A stretch of DNA of 64,000 bases from the human T2T-CHM13v2.0 reference genome, Homo sapiens. Location of the stretch: NCBI RefSeq assembly GCF_009914755.1, contig NC_060935.1; one strand, given 5' to 3'. The notes below the pieces were generated by a model that ran no database searches, was not told where the DNA came from, and saw nothing but the letters and a program-made list of their open reading frames with translations. Shown piece by piece: positions 30,585 through 43,985 of the stretch. How positions within the stretch are numbered: the stretch's first letter is position 1; every line of letters starts with the position of its first letter. Made by a program: the position numbers and the translations under genes.

Positions 30585-30953
30585 GAGACCGCTTGTACGC
30601 ACCAGTATCTGTGTTCTCCTCTTCCACCTTGGACATATACCTAAATTATACTTCCCAGCCTTCTCTGCATTCAAGTGAGGACTTCTGTCTGGGTTCTGGA
30701 CAATGGATTTTACACAGAAGGGATGTAGACCACTAACAGGCCTGACCCGTGAAATCTCCCCAGTGTGATACTTGCTCTTTCCCCATCTGCATGGAGAAGA
30801 TCCCTCTGACCCAGAGCAGGGGGATGTCTCGGTATGAAATAGCCTGAATGAAGGTCCCTTGCCCCATCTATCCCTATGCAAGAAATAAATTTATTCCTTG
30901 TAGTTAAAGCTTGGGGCTATTTGCTGCCATCGTTAGCCTCTTCTGACTAATTC
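30585..30953 (+). mobile_element. MLT1J-like MaLR LTR
   Basis: tacttcccagccttctctgca...gggttctggacaatgga...gcaagaaataaattt..ctgactaattca. Confidence 0.7.
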
Positions 30954-31209
30954 AGAGACTATGGTTATCTCTGTGTCATTCTGATGTGTGTCTTTCTCCC
31001 TGATCTCTTAGTACCATGTCTCCCCACACAGCTATCTGGTGGCCCCAAGTCTCCCATATCTAAGTGAGCCTGACTTTTGGAAGAACCCCAGAATCTCTGC
31101 TTACTTCCTTTTTCCTTCTATCCCATTCTAGTAACTAATCAAGCATAAAACCAGAGCGGTTAGGTGAGATGAGAATGGAAGCGCATTCCAGAAGTGTTGG
31201 TTAGGCTTC

Positions 31210-31500
31210 CTGAACTAGAAATTCTACTCATGGGAATTTATCCTGAGGAGATTAATCAACATAAACAAAAAGATGTTCCTCGAAGTATTAAGCACACTAA
31301 CAAAATAATTAGAACCTGCCTAAATATTCAGTTGTGGGCCGAAAGGTTAGTAAATTATGATCAATTCACTCACCTAAATATTATGAAGTAATTAAATATG
31401 ACAACTAGAAAGCCTACAAGATGGAAAAATTTATTAACGTATTATTAAGTGTAAAAAGCCAGAATATAAAAATGTGTTTTCACAATAGTAAGCAATATGT
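31210..31500 (+). mobile_element. Old L1M 3' fragment
   Basis: aattctactcatgggaatttatcctgaggag..acctgcctaaatattca. Confidence 0.55.
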
Positions 31501-31945
31501 AAAATGATGCATGCAGCCTGGCCCTGCTAGGGTAAATTTATTCAGAGAGGCATCCAAATGGTCAGACCAGCAGCCACTCACAAGCACCTGGGCATCTCAG
31601 TCTTCAGGGACAGTTCATTGTGGATTGGTTTATAATTATTCCTGGAATTGCATCTACATTGCAGACAGTTTCATTCCAAAGAAGAGCCTGGGCCAGCAAC
31701 GAGAACTCTGTGGAGTAGTAGCTGTCTGATTCTCTGTCCCAGGAGAAACAATGAAAGGCACCTTGGCACACTCCCACTAATCAGAGGTGGGGAAACACAA
31801 AGTCACATCCCCACCTCAGGCACAGCTGGAACCCCAACATACTTGGATGGCCTAGGTCTTTACCTCCTAGGCCACGTGGTCAGCTGGAAGTGGCACTGCT
31901 CTGCCTCACTTGAAAATGACGAGGCCTCTCCCGCATCAAAAGTGT

Positions 31946-32090
31946 ACTCGCTCGGGAGGCTGAGGTGGGAGGATGGTTTGAGCCCAGGAGGTTAAGGCTG
32001 TAGTAAGTTGTGATCACCCCATCCTGAGTGACAGAGAGAGACCCTATCTCTAAAGGACAAAGAATTAAACAAACAAAAACCAAAAAAAAA
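31946..32090 (+). mobile_element. Truncated AluJ/FRAM right arm
   Basis: ctcgggaggctgaggtgggaggatggtttgagcccaggagg. Confidence 0.85.
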
Positions 32091-32619
32091 GTCTAGTAGC
32101 TGAGCCATGTCCTCAGGACACACCTAGGAGAAGGAATAAAGGAATCAGTGCGTTTGCAATGGAGACAGCTCCTCCTGGCTGCCTTGGGGTGAGATTCGTA
32201 TTCTAATGGGTGCAAATCTAGAATTAAGTTCTATGCCTGATGAGAGGGTTGCACAAAAGACCAGAACAAGTGAAATATTTACCCTGTAGCATCGAGGATC
32301 ATTGGAACATCTTTGCAAGGGATGTAAAAGGTAAGGGTTTGGAGTTTCAGGTGTGACAGGAAGAAAGAAGATGAAGCCCAGGGTAAGAATGCAGGGGAGG
32401 AGGGGCCGGGTAGGAGCAGAGACAGCAAACCTGAGGAGCAGGAGGAAAGTAGTGAGCACTGCAAGAATGGGAGGGAGCAGGGGGTGCTTTTAGAAGGAGT
32501 CAGTTATGCAGCACAGGGCCAGGCCTGTGGGTGCAGGCGCTTGCTCCTCCAGCCTTGTCCCCCACCCAGATCTGAAGGCTCCGTGCTCTCTCCCGCTTCC
32601 CCACCATTTTCTCTGCCCA

Positions 32620-32940
32620 AGTGCCTTCTGCCTGCTGATTGCCCTTATCTTTTTAGACTTAGCCCAGCTGATACCAGCTCTGTGAAGTGTTTCCCGATAT
32701 TCCTCTCTCTCCCGACTTCCCTCTCTCCCCGAGTTAAGGACTTCCTGCTCTAGTGTCCCCGCAACGCCATCCACAGACCTCACCACAGCAGCTATCGCAT
32801 TGCTGTAATTATTTCAAATTCCTCTTCCCCTACTAAACTGTGAACTCCCTGGGCGGGGGCCATGTTCTATTCATCTTTTCACCCCTTGCATGGGGCCTGA
32901 CAAATAAGAAGTGTTCAAAAAGTCAACTGAATGAATTGAA
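32620..32940 (+). mobile_element. L2 3' end
   Basis: ctactaaactgtgaactccctgggcgggggccatg..ctgaatgaattgaa. Confidence 0.7.
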
Positions 32941-33284
32941 AAAAAAAAAACAAAACATTTCCTTGGATTCAGCTGAAAAGGCAATTGCAGTAATTTGAAT
33001 TGTGCAATTTCCATTGTGTCGCCTTTGAAAAACAGTTTCACTTTTCCTCCTACTACCGATGACTCATTCCTGGGGCAGATAACACACATTTCTGAGGTGC
33101 AGAACTTCACTACATCAAATCTTTTGAAAATCTGTTTTTGAGTGTTCTTGTCTAAAGAGAAAAACATGATGAGCTTTCGTAATCCCTCAACTCAGCACTG
33201 AGTGATGGAATACTAAAGATGTTTTGGAAACCCTTTGATTACTGCAAAGCATACAAAGAAGAACGGGTGGGTGAATGATAAAAA

Positions 33285-33510
33285 TAAAACGCTAGCATTG
33301 GCTACATGCACTGATCGCTTAACAAATGGTAGTTAATGTCAGGCATTTGGCTAAGTGATTAGCCCCATTTTCTCACTCAATACACAGAACACCTTACGAG
33401 GTCACCCTGATTGTCTCCACTCAGACAGGGAAATTGAGAATCAGAAAATGTTGGTAAATTTCTGTAAGCGGCAAAACCAGCATTTGAACCCAGACCTGTC
33501 TGATTCCAGA
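33285..33510 (-). mobile_element. MIR
   Basis: cagacagggaaattgagaatcaga..atttgaacccagacctgtctgattcca. Confidence 0.7.
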
Positions 33511-33869
33511 ATGGTGCTGTTAACAACGAGGCCCCTATTTCTTCTAGACTGAGAAGGCACACACTGAAGTTGGATGCTGATTTTTGACAAGCCAGTGTCT
33601 AGGCAGGGACCCCACACAGCACCCCCATCCAGGCATTTCTGGGCAAACATGGTTTCAAATGGGCAAAGTGAAGATGAACATCCGCCCTCACATGAAACCT
33701 ACATGATAATCAGCTGGCTTCTTCCAACTGCCCCTCTCTGCACCAAGTGCAGCCCTGGTGGCCTTATCTCCTGTCCACCCACACATAAGGGCAAAACAAA
33801 ACCTTTTCCGCTAGGAGCAAAGATTCTAGCTCACTGCTTAATTACAACTTATTGCTCCTTGTCCCAGCA

Positions 33870-33930
33870 GTACCATGGCAACAAGTAGCATTGGCACAAG
33901 AATCAAAAGGGAGAAGTGTTGCCTAGCAAC
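33870..33930. promoter_or_regulatory. Paired RFX X-box motifs (candidate enhancer)
   Basis: GTTGCCTAGCAAC (33918-33930) and gtaccatggcaac (33870-33882); motif only, no functional data. Confidence 0.4.
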
Positions 33931-33931
33931 A

Positions 33932-34095
33932 TAGTAGAAAAAGCTTTAGGATTCTGAAGGCCCGAGTTCTAGTTCTGGTTCTGACTCCCTGGGGCACTGT
34001 GGATAAGACCCAACTCCTCTGATCCTCCGTTTTTTGTCATCTGTAAAATGGGGGCAACTCATTCCATACATGTAGGATTGCTGTCAGGATCATTA
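33932..34095 (+). mobile_element. MIR
   Basis: cccgagttctagttctggttctgac..tcatctgtaaaatggggg. Confidence 0.7.
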
Positions 34096-34129
34096 TTTTT
34101 GGGAGAGGAAAATTATGCCATGGATTAAG

Positions 34130-34474
34130 GCAGAAAGGGGAAAATGTGAAAGACTTACTAGGCCATGACATACTTTAGCCACTCCATGAAGAGTATACAT
34201 TGGTAAAGCCTTTTTGGAGGTCATTAAGTAATAGCAGTCAATATTTAAATGTAGGTACCCTTTAACTCAGCAACTTCCTCTCTAGACATTGGTTCACGAA
34301 GATACACATAGGAGGTGAAAAACTGGAAACTACCTAAACGGTCTATTAAAGAGGGACTATAATAGATCAACACAATAGAACACTACAGAAGTTTTAAAAA
34401 ATGAAGGAGCTTTTCTTTACTGACACGGAGAGACTTCTAACATACAATGTTTAGTGAAATGAAGGCAAGTCACA

Positions 34475-34509
<35 letters not shown>

Positions 34510-34590
34510 ATCCATTCACAAATATACACAGGAAAATGCATGTCAGAAAGCCTGGAAGGACCTATGAGAAAATGTTAACAGTGGTTACCA
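34130..34590 (+). mobile_element. Old L1ME 3' fragment containing (CA)n at ~34476-34507
   Basis: ccctttaactcagcaacttcctctctag..aactggaaactacctaaa..atgttaacagtggttac. Confidence 0.6.
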
Positions 34591-34619
34591 AATTACTTCT
34601 CACTACTCCCCAAATAGGC

Positions 34620-34940
34620 TGTTTCCCCGCTACTTTTGCAAATGCCATTCCACCTCCCTAAAACGCCAGTCCTCCTTTCCACCTTCTGAACCCCAGCCCA
34701 TCCCTCAGAGAGTAGGTAAGCAGCATCTCCTCTCCAAAGCTCTGCTGGTTCCCATCAGTGGACTTTACATCTCCCTCTGTGTCTGTATTGTCCCTATCAT
34801 AACATTGAATTTTAATTATTTGTTTATGTATCTACACTCCCCCTTCCCAGTAGTCTATGAGCTCCTTGGGGAGCAGAATCACGTCTCATTCATCTTTGTT
34901 CCAGCAGGGCCTACCCAAGGCCATTAGTGCATTGAATGGA
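34620..34940 (+). mobile_element. L2 3' end
   Basis: tatgagctccttggggagcagaatcacgtctcattcatctttg. Confidence 0.65.
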
Positions 34941-35964
34941 AACAAGAGGTTAAAACATGGTCAGAAATGAGAACAGCACGTGGAAGCTGTGAGCCCCAGT
35001 TTTTTCCAAAGCACCCTCCCAGACCATGCTTTCACGTATATTCATAGCTCAGAAGGTGTGCTCCAAGGACAAGAGGAGGAGAAAGTCAGTTTACCTTGAT
35101 TATCTCTGTAAAGAACAACAACAAAAAAAAGAAAACAAGAAAGTCAGAAAGCCATGGATAAGGAGTGAGCTGGGTAAAAATTGCTTGAAGCAAACAAACA
35201 AAAAAAATCCCAAGAGGTGTGTATGCATGTCAGCAAGTCATCCACAATCTGGGCAGCAGGTGGCACAAGTAACCTAGATTTCTTAGGCCACTGCAGAAGG
35301 AAGCCGCAGAGGTAAGGATTTGGAGAAACTGGGAAGCTGGGAGCATCATCCCAAGCCACTCTTTTGCCTGCCTGATTGCAGTACAAGACATAAAGGCAGT
35401 CCTGTGAGGATTTCAAGTCCTAGACATCTGCCTTTCCAACCACCATCCTTCACCCTCTTAGTCCATCCTCCACCCTCTTCAGTCCATCCTTACTATGGCC
35501 AATTTTGTTATTTGCCAACCTGCCTTCCTTTTTGAGGAAAATGAGCATTTCCATTCATATCAGTGGCAGGGAATATTCATAAGACCTCTTCGAAGGGAAA
35601 TGTAGCAGGGCTGATCAAAAGAACACTTACCCTGGAGGAGACAGATAATAATTCCTTAACAGATCTAACTGCAATCATGGATTGGATGTTCATCATTATT
35701 TGATTTTCCTCTTCTGGGGCAATGGATTCATAAATTATTTTAAGGGTATATGAGCAGATAAACAAGTTACCTTGACTACTGACTATAGTAAAGGTTGAAT
35801 TTTGTATATTAATGTAGTTATTTTGATAAATTTGGTAGTAATTATTATAACTTTACATAATAAATTTATGGAAAATATAGACATACAATTGCATAAAGCT
35901 AGGTGGGCTAATTAAATACCATCATATTGCTGGTGAGGGTGGCTGTTATTATTATTACACAAAA

Positions 35965-38050
35965 TATATTTATTCTTTGAACAAATATTTATTAAATGCT
36001 ACATATGCAAAAACTACTTATGAAATGACCATCAAGTGCCAGGTACTGTTTTTGGTGCTGGGAAAAAATAAATCAGTGACAAATTCTCTGCCCTTATGAA
36101 GCTTTCAATGTAACAAAGGAAATAAATACATATATATTATTGCCATATACATACACACATATATGGCAAGTGATTATAACTGCTATGAAAAAAGAATAAA
36201 AGATTATAAAAAAGAAAAAAGAAAACTATTAAAAAAAGAATGATGGAGGCTGTTATTTTTAATTGGGTGCTCAAGTACTAATTGTGCTACAGACTCAATG
36301 TTAATTCAAAATCATACATGATTCCTACCTCCCCAGGACTCTACTGTCAGTGAGAGAAAGAACCACTACTCAAATAATGACACTATAATATAATTCTCTA
36401 TTGCTATTGGTGCCATGAAGAAGTACATGCATGGTGTTATGAAACTTCATAAAAGATAAATGTGACCTGACTTTTTTAGGGAAATCAGGAAAGATTTCCC
36501 TAATAAAGTAATGCTTGCAATGATATATGAGGCATAAGTAGAAGTTGACTAAACCAGGGGTATGAAGAATATTCCAGGTAGAAGGAAGTGCTCTGCAAAG
36601 GCCCTGTGGCAAGGGGAAAATAGGGGAGTATGAAGAAGGGATAGAAGGCTGGAGTGACTAGAGAAGAGAGAATGACATGGGCGGAAAGGCGAGAGGAAAC
36701 CTATAGGCAATAGTAAAGGTTTTGTCATTGTCCTAAAAGAAATGAAGAGTCATCATGGGTTTTAAGCAGAGGATGACATAATTAGATAGCTACTTCAAAA
36801 AGATGACCACAGGTGCTCTCTCGAGACTGGACTGAAGGGACTCAGATTAGATACAGGATGGCCCAGTTGAGAAGTGATAGCAATAGTCCTTGAAAATAAT
36901 AATGTTGACTTGGACGAAGGCTTCTACTTGTTGGAGATCAAGAGAAATCAAGAAAAACAGTGAACTTGAGAAACTTTTAGGAGGGAAAAGAAACAGCCCT
37001 TGGTGGTAAATTGAAGACAGGATGTACAAAAAAGGAGATACCAGCAATGGCTCTTAGGTTTCTGGCTTGTGCACCTGGATGCACGGTGGTACCACCCTCT
37101 AAGACAGAGAACTCTGAAAGAGGAGGAGGTATGTGGTAAAAGATTATGGGTTTGGTTCGGGGTCTGTTGAGTTTGAGCTGCCTTTGGGATTTCCAAATGA
37201 AAATATCAAATCAAAAACTGGATCTGCACACCTGGAACTCAGAGAAGAGGTTGAGTCTGGAAATACAATCATCTAGGTCCTCTACAGATATCTGAAGCTG
37301 TGGGTGAGGATGTGATCACCTAGGAATAGATTACAGAGTAAGAAAAGGGAGGGACACCAGTATTTGATGATGAGAATGGGACGTGTAAGCCTGCAAAGGA
37401 TACAGGAAAACTAGGGAAGACACCAGGAGAACATTTCATTTTTAAAGCCGAGGGAAGAACGTTTCCAGTAGGAGTAAATGATCAACACTGGCAGTCTCTG
37501 CTGAGAAGGCGAGGAATATGAGGCCAGAAAAATGTCCCTTAAATTTCATGACATGGAGGTCATCAGTGATGTGACCTGGAGCTGTTTTGGTGACTGTGGG
37601 ACCAGCAGCCTGCACAAAATTGCTGAGGGGAGAGGGAGAGAGGACGAAAAATAGAGACAGTAAGGAGAGACAGCTTTTTGGAGGAGCTTCACAGGGAAGG
37701 AAATGGAAGAAACAGATGCAAAGGAAGACCATAAGAGAGGTGCTCCAGTCTTCCGTGGCATAAAGGTGGTGGTGGGCAGGAAGATGATGGCAACATGGAG
37801 GACAAGAGAGCAAAACAGCATGATCCTCAATGGTTACAGAAACAATGTTGTGGATACAGCACTTGGGAACCAGGCGGACAGTGACAACACCTTCCAATCT
37901 ATGGCTGTAGAGGGCAGAGGGATGCATGGTGTCTTTAGGGCAAGCCAGCCTGTTGTATCAGGAAGGAGCAGAGAAAAAGTTGAAGATCTAGGGGTGGTTT
38001 GGTGGTTATGGAACAAGCAATTCCAGAGGGCTCAGTCATAAGAGCTTTGT
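35965..38050 (-). mobile_element. L2 elements including RT-domain remnant
   Basis: minus ORF ..TKTAPGHITDDLHVMKFKGHFSGLIFLAFSAETASVDHLLLLET matches L2 RT (TETAL.KVTNDL..LILLDLSAAFDTVDH); L2 3' tail near 35970. Confidence 0.85.
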
Positions 38051-38070
38051 AGGTCAGGGGCTAGGGCAAA

Positions 38071-38385
<315 letters not shown>

Positions 38386-39434
38386 TTAAAAAAGGATGCA
38401 TCATTAGGGAAGGGATAGCTGAGAGGATTTAGGCTTGGGTTTTTGGCAGATTAAAACAGGGACGGCCAGCATTGAAGATTTTGTATCAACTGTCTCTTCA
38501 AGGAGGGTGTGTGCACAGGTCTACTGGCTGCAGATGGGGTGGTCTCTTACTCTAGGAAGCTCTAGGAACATCAAAGCTAGACAGATTGAAAACAGCGTTA
38601 GGACTGCTGACCACATACACAGCCCAGGTGACGGTAGACTCAAGAAGCTGAGTCTATAATAACATGGAGATAATGCTCAAACCGTGAAATTTAAAAAACC
38701 TTACCACAATCCTACTATCTTACAAGTCAGAGCTTCATTGTTTCTTAGCTTGCCTTCCTTCCAGATTTGAATTGACTTTTTACGTACGGTACTTATAACG
38801 TACACATAGTTTGAGATTTGCCTTTTCCCCACTCTTAACAGGACATCAAGTATTTTCCACATGGTTCCATCTTAATCTTCGTTAATGTTCAGTATGGTAT
38901 GAATAATTGCTGCTCTCGCCTGGGGATGTTTTTGTAACACATGATCATTTAAACACTCCTGCCCCCAACACAAGCATGTGCACACACATACACACACAGA
39001 TAAAGACATTCTCTATGCAGAGAATAGAGCACCTCTAATGCATTACATATTATCCACAGCCCTCTAATATATCTCGAGAGCTGTTCATCCTTTCTTAATC
39101 TTTTCTCTTTAACATTTGGAACAATTAGCAAGCTAGCTGCAACCCCACCCCTTTCTCGCCCACTCAGGAAAACATGCAAGTGAGTGAAAATGACGTTATT
39201 ATAAGAATAACCTTGAATCCACTCCAGTTTATAACAAAAGCAGCTCATTTGAAAACTTTGGTGCTTTTACTATTAATAGTGTGAATTCCTTGCTACACAG
39301 TTCAGGCCTGAGTGCAACACACCAGTGAATCCTGCCACTGTCGTTGAGGGCTGCTGGCCTCCTGGGGAAGACAGACACTAATTCAGCGTGATGGGAGCAC
39401 AGTCCACACCCCCACCATGGGTCATGGAGAATGC

Positions 39435-39960
39435 ATATCTTCTCAGAAGAGCTGACATTTGAGCTGGCTCTTGAGGGAGGCTGGCATTCAGACCTGGAGA
39501 GAAGGCCATTCCAGGTAGAAGAAAGATTATCTACTGAGGCTTTGAGGCCTGAAAAAGTATTACCCAGTTGGAGACTGGTGCACATTCTGCAGTGGCTTAG
39601 AGAGCAGAGGGGTGTGTGGTGTCCTTAGGGCCAGCCAGCCTGTTGTACCTTGTGCACAGAGGGAAACATCTGAAGATGGTGCTGGGCAAGAGGCCAAGTG
39701 AGAAGGACCTTGTAGGATCCACTGAAGGGTTTTGACATTTTCCCATAGGTTTGGGAGCCACGGAAAGTTTTTAAGCAGAAGATGATGTTATATAGGTACA
39801 CTTTGGTTTGGAAAATTCCAGCAAGAAGGGTATGGGCAAAAGAGCACAGGGGAGAGAAACTGGAGGCCAGGGTAGAAGAGCTCAAGAAGGAGGTCAGGCA
39901 GTGCGGGTGGAGGGGCAGGTAGATGGGATCAACTTGGGAAGTGACTATTCTTTGAACTTA
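39435..39960 (-). mobile_element. L2 fragment
   Basis: gagctgacatttgagctggctcttga..gggagccacggaaagtttttaagcag. Confidence 0.7.
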
Positions 39961-40284
39961 AAAGATTGAAAGCAAATGTAATGGGCCTGATGGTCATCTT
40001 TCTGTAGGATCTCTGCATTATCCCCACTGGTATGATGCTTGGTCAAGCGGGTGACCGCACCCTGCCTGCAGTTTGTAACACTGCGTCATGACATTGTCAA
40101 ACATCACTCCATCACTCCATGACTGAGAACTGAGTCATGGAGTCAATTAGAAGGCTTCCTAAAGTGAAGGGCTTTGGGAAGAAATTTTTAATTTTTTACA
40201 AAAAAAAAAATCAAAAATATTGTGAGAAAGAGATTTTCCCCAAACAACTCCTTTGCCAATTTGTTGATTAATAGAATTAGCAGG

Positions 40285-40770
<486 letters not shown>

Positions 40771-42694
40771 TCAATGCATATTCCCCGGCCTCTGCCTCAG
40801 CATTCAGTGTGGTCCCGTGAGAGTTAACTCATAGACCTAAGAGCCATCGAGAGCTGAAAAACAAAGGGTTTGGAGGGAGAAGCTAGTGGGCGTACTCCCA
40901 GGCAGAAAGGGAAGTAGGATGAGATGCTCCCCATTAAGGCTGACTAATTTCACTGGAATCCTGTGAAGGACAAAGGAGGTTAATTCAGTGAAATCTCTGG
41001 AGTGTTTCAAAGAAACACTGTGTGTGCCGACAAGTCCCCTTCAAGCTCAGCAGCCTCCTCTGGTGGGGGTGGGATTGCTGTGGGTGTGACAAGGGGGCTT
41101 CTCAACAATGCTCTGAATTCTGATCATCCAGTGCTGCTTCCCTGCCTGCCAGGGACCAGAGCAAGGGGAAGCTGGGATGGCCGTTGGGCTGGGCAGGGCA
41201 GGCTTCCCTGTGGTGCTCCAGGCTGCAGTGCTGGGTTTGGGGAGGTTTCTGAGGGTTCAGAGGCTTAGCAGGATGGAGTGACAGCCCATGGCTGACTCAC
41301 TGCCCAAGAGGCTGGCAGCTTGCAGCAGACCAGCCGGCGGCCCGAGGGTGAGCTCATAACCACAGGGATCCTGAGCAATGCCGTGTCACCAAAGCCAGCT
41401 CTGTCTGTGGGGCAGAAAGGCCCCCTGTCTGGGACTGAACTTTCTTAAAGATCACTGGCTATCCTTAAAGATCCACAAAGATCACTGACTCCAGAGAGGG
41501 GTCCAAGGGCCGCTAGCTGCTGTGCCCTTGGGTGCACCCAATGTCCTGCCATTTTACCTTCTATAAAGGCAATTCATAAAATGGCTAATGACAGATGATG
41601 TCATTTCTATGCCTTGCTGAGAAGTTCACATGACTACATTCATAAGCAGAACTCCGTCCTTGGTCAGACACCCTGCCCCTATTTGGGGTTTGGAAAATAT
41701 GGTTACTGTCAATATGCTAAACTGAGGCCTTCCTGTCTGTGGTAGAAAAATCCACAAGGCATGGCTTGATTAACCTAAGAAAAGTACCGCCAGCAGGGCT
41801 GCCTACCTTGCAGAAAGTGTCTCTTCCTGAGGCAGGCAGCAACAGAGAAACACAGAAAATACCCACACATGCACACACACAGATACACACGGTGTCTACA
41901 GGACCAAAAAAAGGAAAATCCCCGTGAAAAAATTAGAGTTTTCATTCATCTTGATGATCCATTTGGGTCACAGAATAATAGAGGAGGTTAATGGTGTAGC
42001 TTAAGGACAAGCAAACACCAAGAAATGCTTTAAAAGAAGGTACCTCTTGGTTGCGGGTGATTTTGAAGTAACCAACAGTTCATGTAATTTGCTATTCCAA
42101 GAAATTGTATCAGACTTGCAGGAGTAAATCTATTGCTGACTTCTATACCTGGGATCTGGGAAGTCCTTGCTATCCTCAAGCACTTCCCCATCAGCTTGTG
42201 ATGTTCTGATGTTTCACATTAATGAGGCTTCATTTGATTTAAAGCTTTCACTCCTAGAATCTTCTTTCAAAATGTTCACTCAGTACATTGTGTGAATTAC
42301 AATATTTGCATTACCAGCCAGCTTTGATTGAGTTTAAGAGATAGCTGAGTGCAGTATTCTATTTGATTTCCCTTCCTTTATTTCCTTTGCTCCTTCTTTT
42401 TTCCTCTTCCTCCTTTCTTCTTCCTTCACCCACTCTCTCCTTCCTTTATTTTATTCATATATTTATTTTATAGATATCTAATGAGCACATACGCTGGGAG
42501 TAGAGAACAGTATCTGAGAGTCTGAGGACATGGATCCAGACCCTTTTCCTTTCTTGGGCATGACTTAAGACTTGTTTTTATTGGCAAAAAGGGGATAAAA
42601 ATGAGACCAGCCTCCCAAGGTGGTTTGTCTAGTCCTTCGTTTCCCCTAAATGTCCCCCAAATGTAATCATTCTTATCAAAACGGTGTGACTGGA

Positions 42695-43190
42695 GGATCA
42701 GAGTGTAAGCTCTATAGTTAGAATGCTCAGATACCAATCCGAAGCTAAACTACCAGCAATGCCACCCTGGACAATTAGTTTCTCTATGTCTTAGTTTCCT
42801 CATCTGTAAAATGAGGCTAACAATAGGTATCTAGGCCAGGTACAGTGGCTCATACCTGTAATCCCAGCATTTTGGGAGTCTGAGATGAGTGAATTGCTTG
42901 AAGTCAGGAGATCGAGACCAGTCTGGGAAACATGGTGAAACACTGTCTCTACAAAAAATACAGAATTAGCCTAGAGTGTTGGTGTGTGCCTGTAGTTTCA
43001 GCTATTCCAGAGGTTGGAGGGTCACTTGAGCCCAGGAGGTTGAGGCTGCAGTGAGCTGTGATTGGAACACTGCACTCCAGCCTGAGTGACAGAGAGAGAC
43101 CCTGTCTCAAAAACAAAAACAAAAGGCCCCCAAACAATAGGTATCTACTTCACAGGGTAATTGAAAGGATTTAATGAGATAATTTCTGTT
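42695..43190 (+). mobile_element. MIR interrupted by AluJ (42834-43124)
   Basis: tttcctcatctgtaaaatgagg core; perfect 15-bp TSD aacaataggtatcta (42819-42833 / 43133-43147). Confidence 0.9.
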
Positions 43191-43445
43191 ATTGTTGCTA
43201 TTATTATTGTTGGTGCCAGAAATGTGAAAATGAGAAGTGAGAAAGACACTCTGGGAGGGAAGCCCAGCATAATGGATACTGACAACATGGTGAACTAAGT
43301 TGTAAAATGAGGTATGTCAAAGCACAGCAGTAAGGTTTAACTTTTGAAGAGAAGAATAAAGAAAACTTCACCAAGGAGGTGCCCAAAGAGGAATTTAATG
43401 GGAGTTCACCTGATGAACACAGATAAAACCTCTGTGTTAGAAACT

Positions 43446-43985
43446 ATCCCATTACTGGGTATATACCCAAAGGACTATAAATCATTTTACTATGAAGACA
43501 CATGTTCACATATGTTTATTGCAGCACTATTTGCATTAGCAAAGACTTGGAACCAACCCAAATGCCCATCAATGATAGACTGGATAAAGAAAAGGTGGCA
43601 CATATACACCATGGAATACTATACAGCCATGAAAAAGAATGAGCTCATGTCCTTTGCAGGGACATGGATGAAGCTGGAAACCATCATTCTCAGCAAACTA
43701 ACACAGGAACAGAAAACCAAACACTGCATGTTCTCACTCATAAGCGGGATTTGAACAATGAGAACACATGGACACAGGAGGTGAACATCACACACTGGAA
43801 CCTGTTGGGGGGTGGGGGACAAGGAGAAGGAGAGCATTAGGACACATACCTAATGCATGAGGGGCTTAAAACCTAGATGATGGGTTGATGGGTTCAGCAA
43901 ACCACCATGGCAAATGTATACCTATGTAACAAACCTGCACATTCTGCATATGTATCCCAGAACTTAGAGCAAAATTTTAAAAAAG
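43446..43985 (+). mobile_element. 5'-truncated L1PA8-like 3' end
   Basis: IPLLGIYPKDYKSFY..WNQPKCPSMIDWIKK; ggggcttaaaacctagatgatgggttg 3'UTR. Confidence 0.92.

Noticed and set aside
37442-37927. 161-aa ORF as a protein-coding gene
   Set aside because: Its C-terminal part is decayed L2 reverse transcriptase with the catalytic-region motifs mutated.
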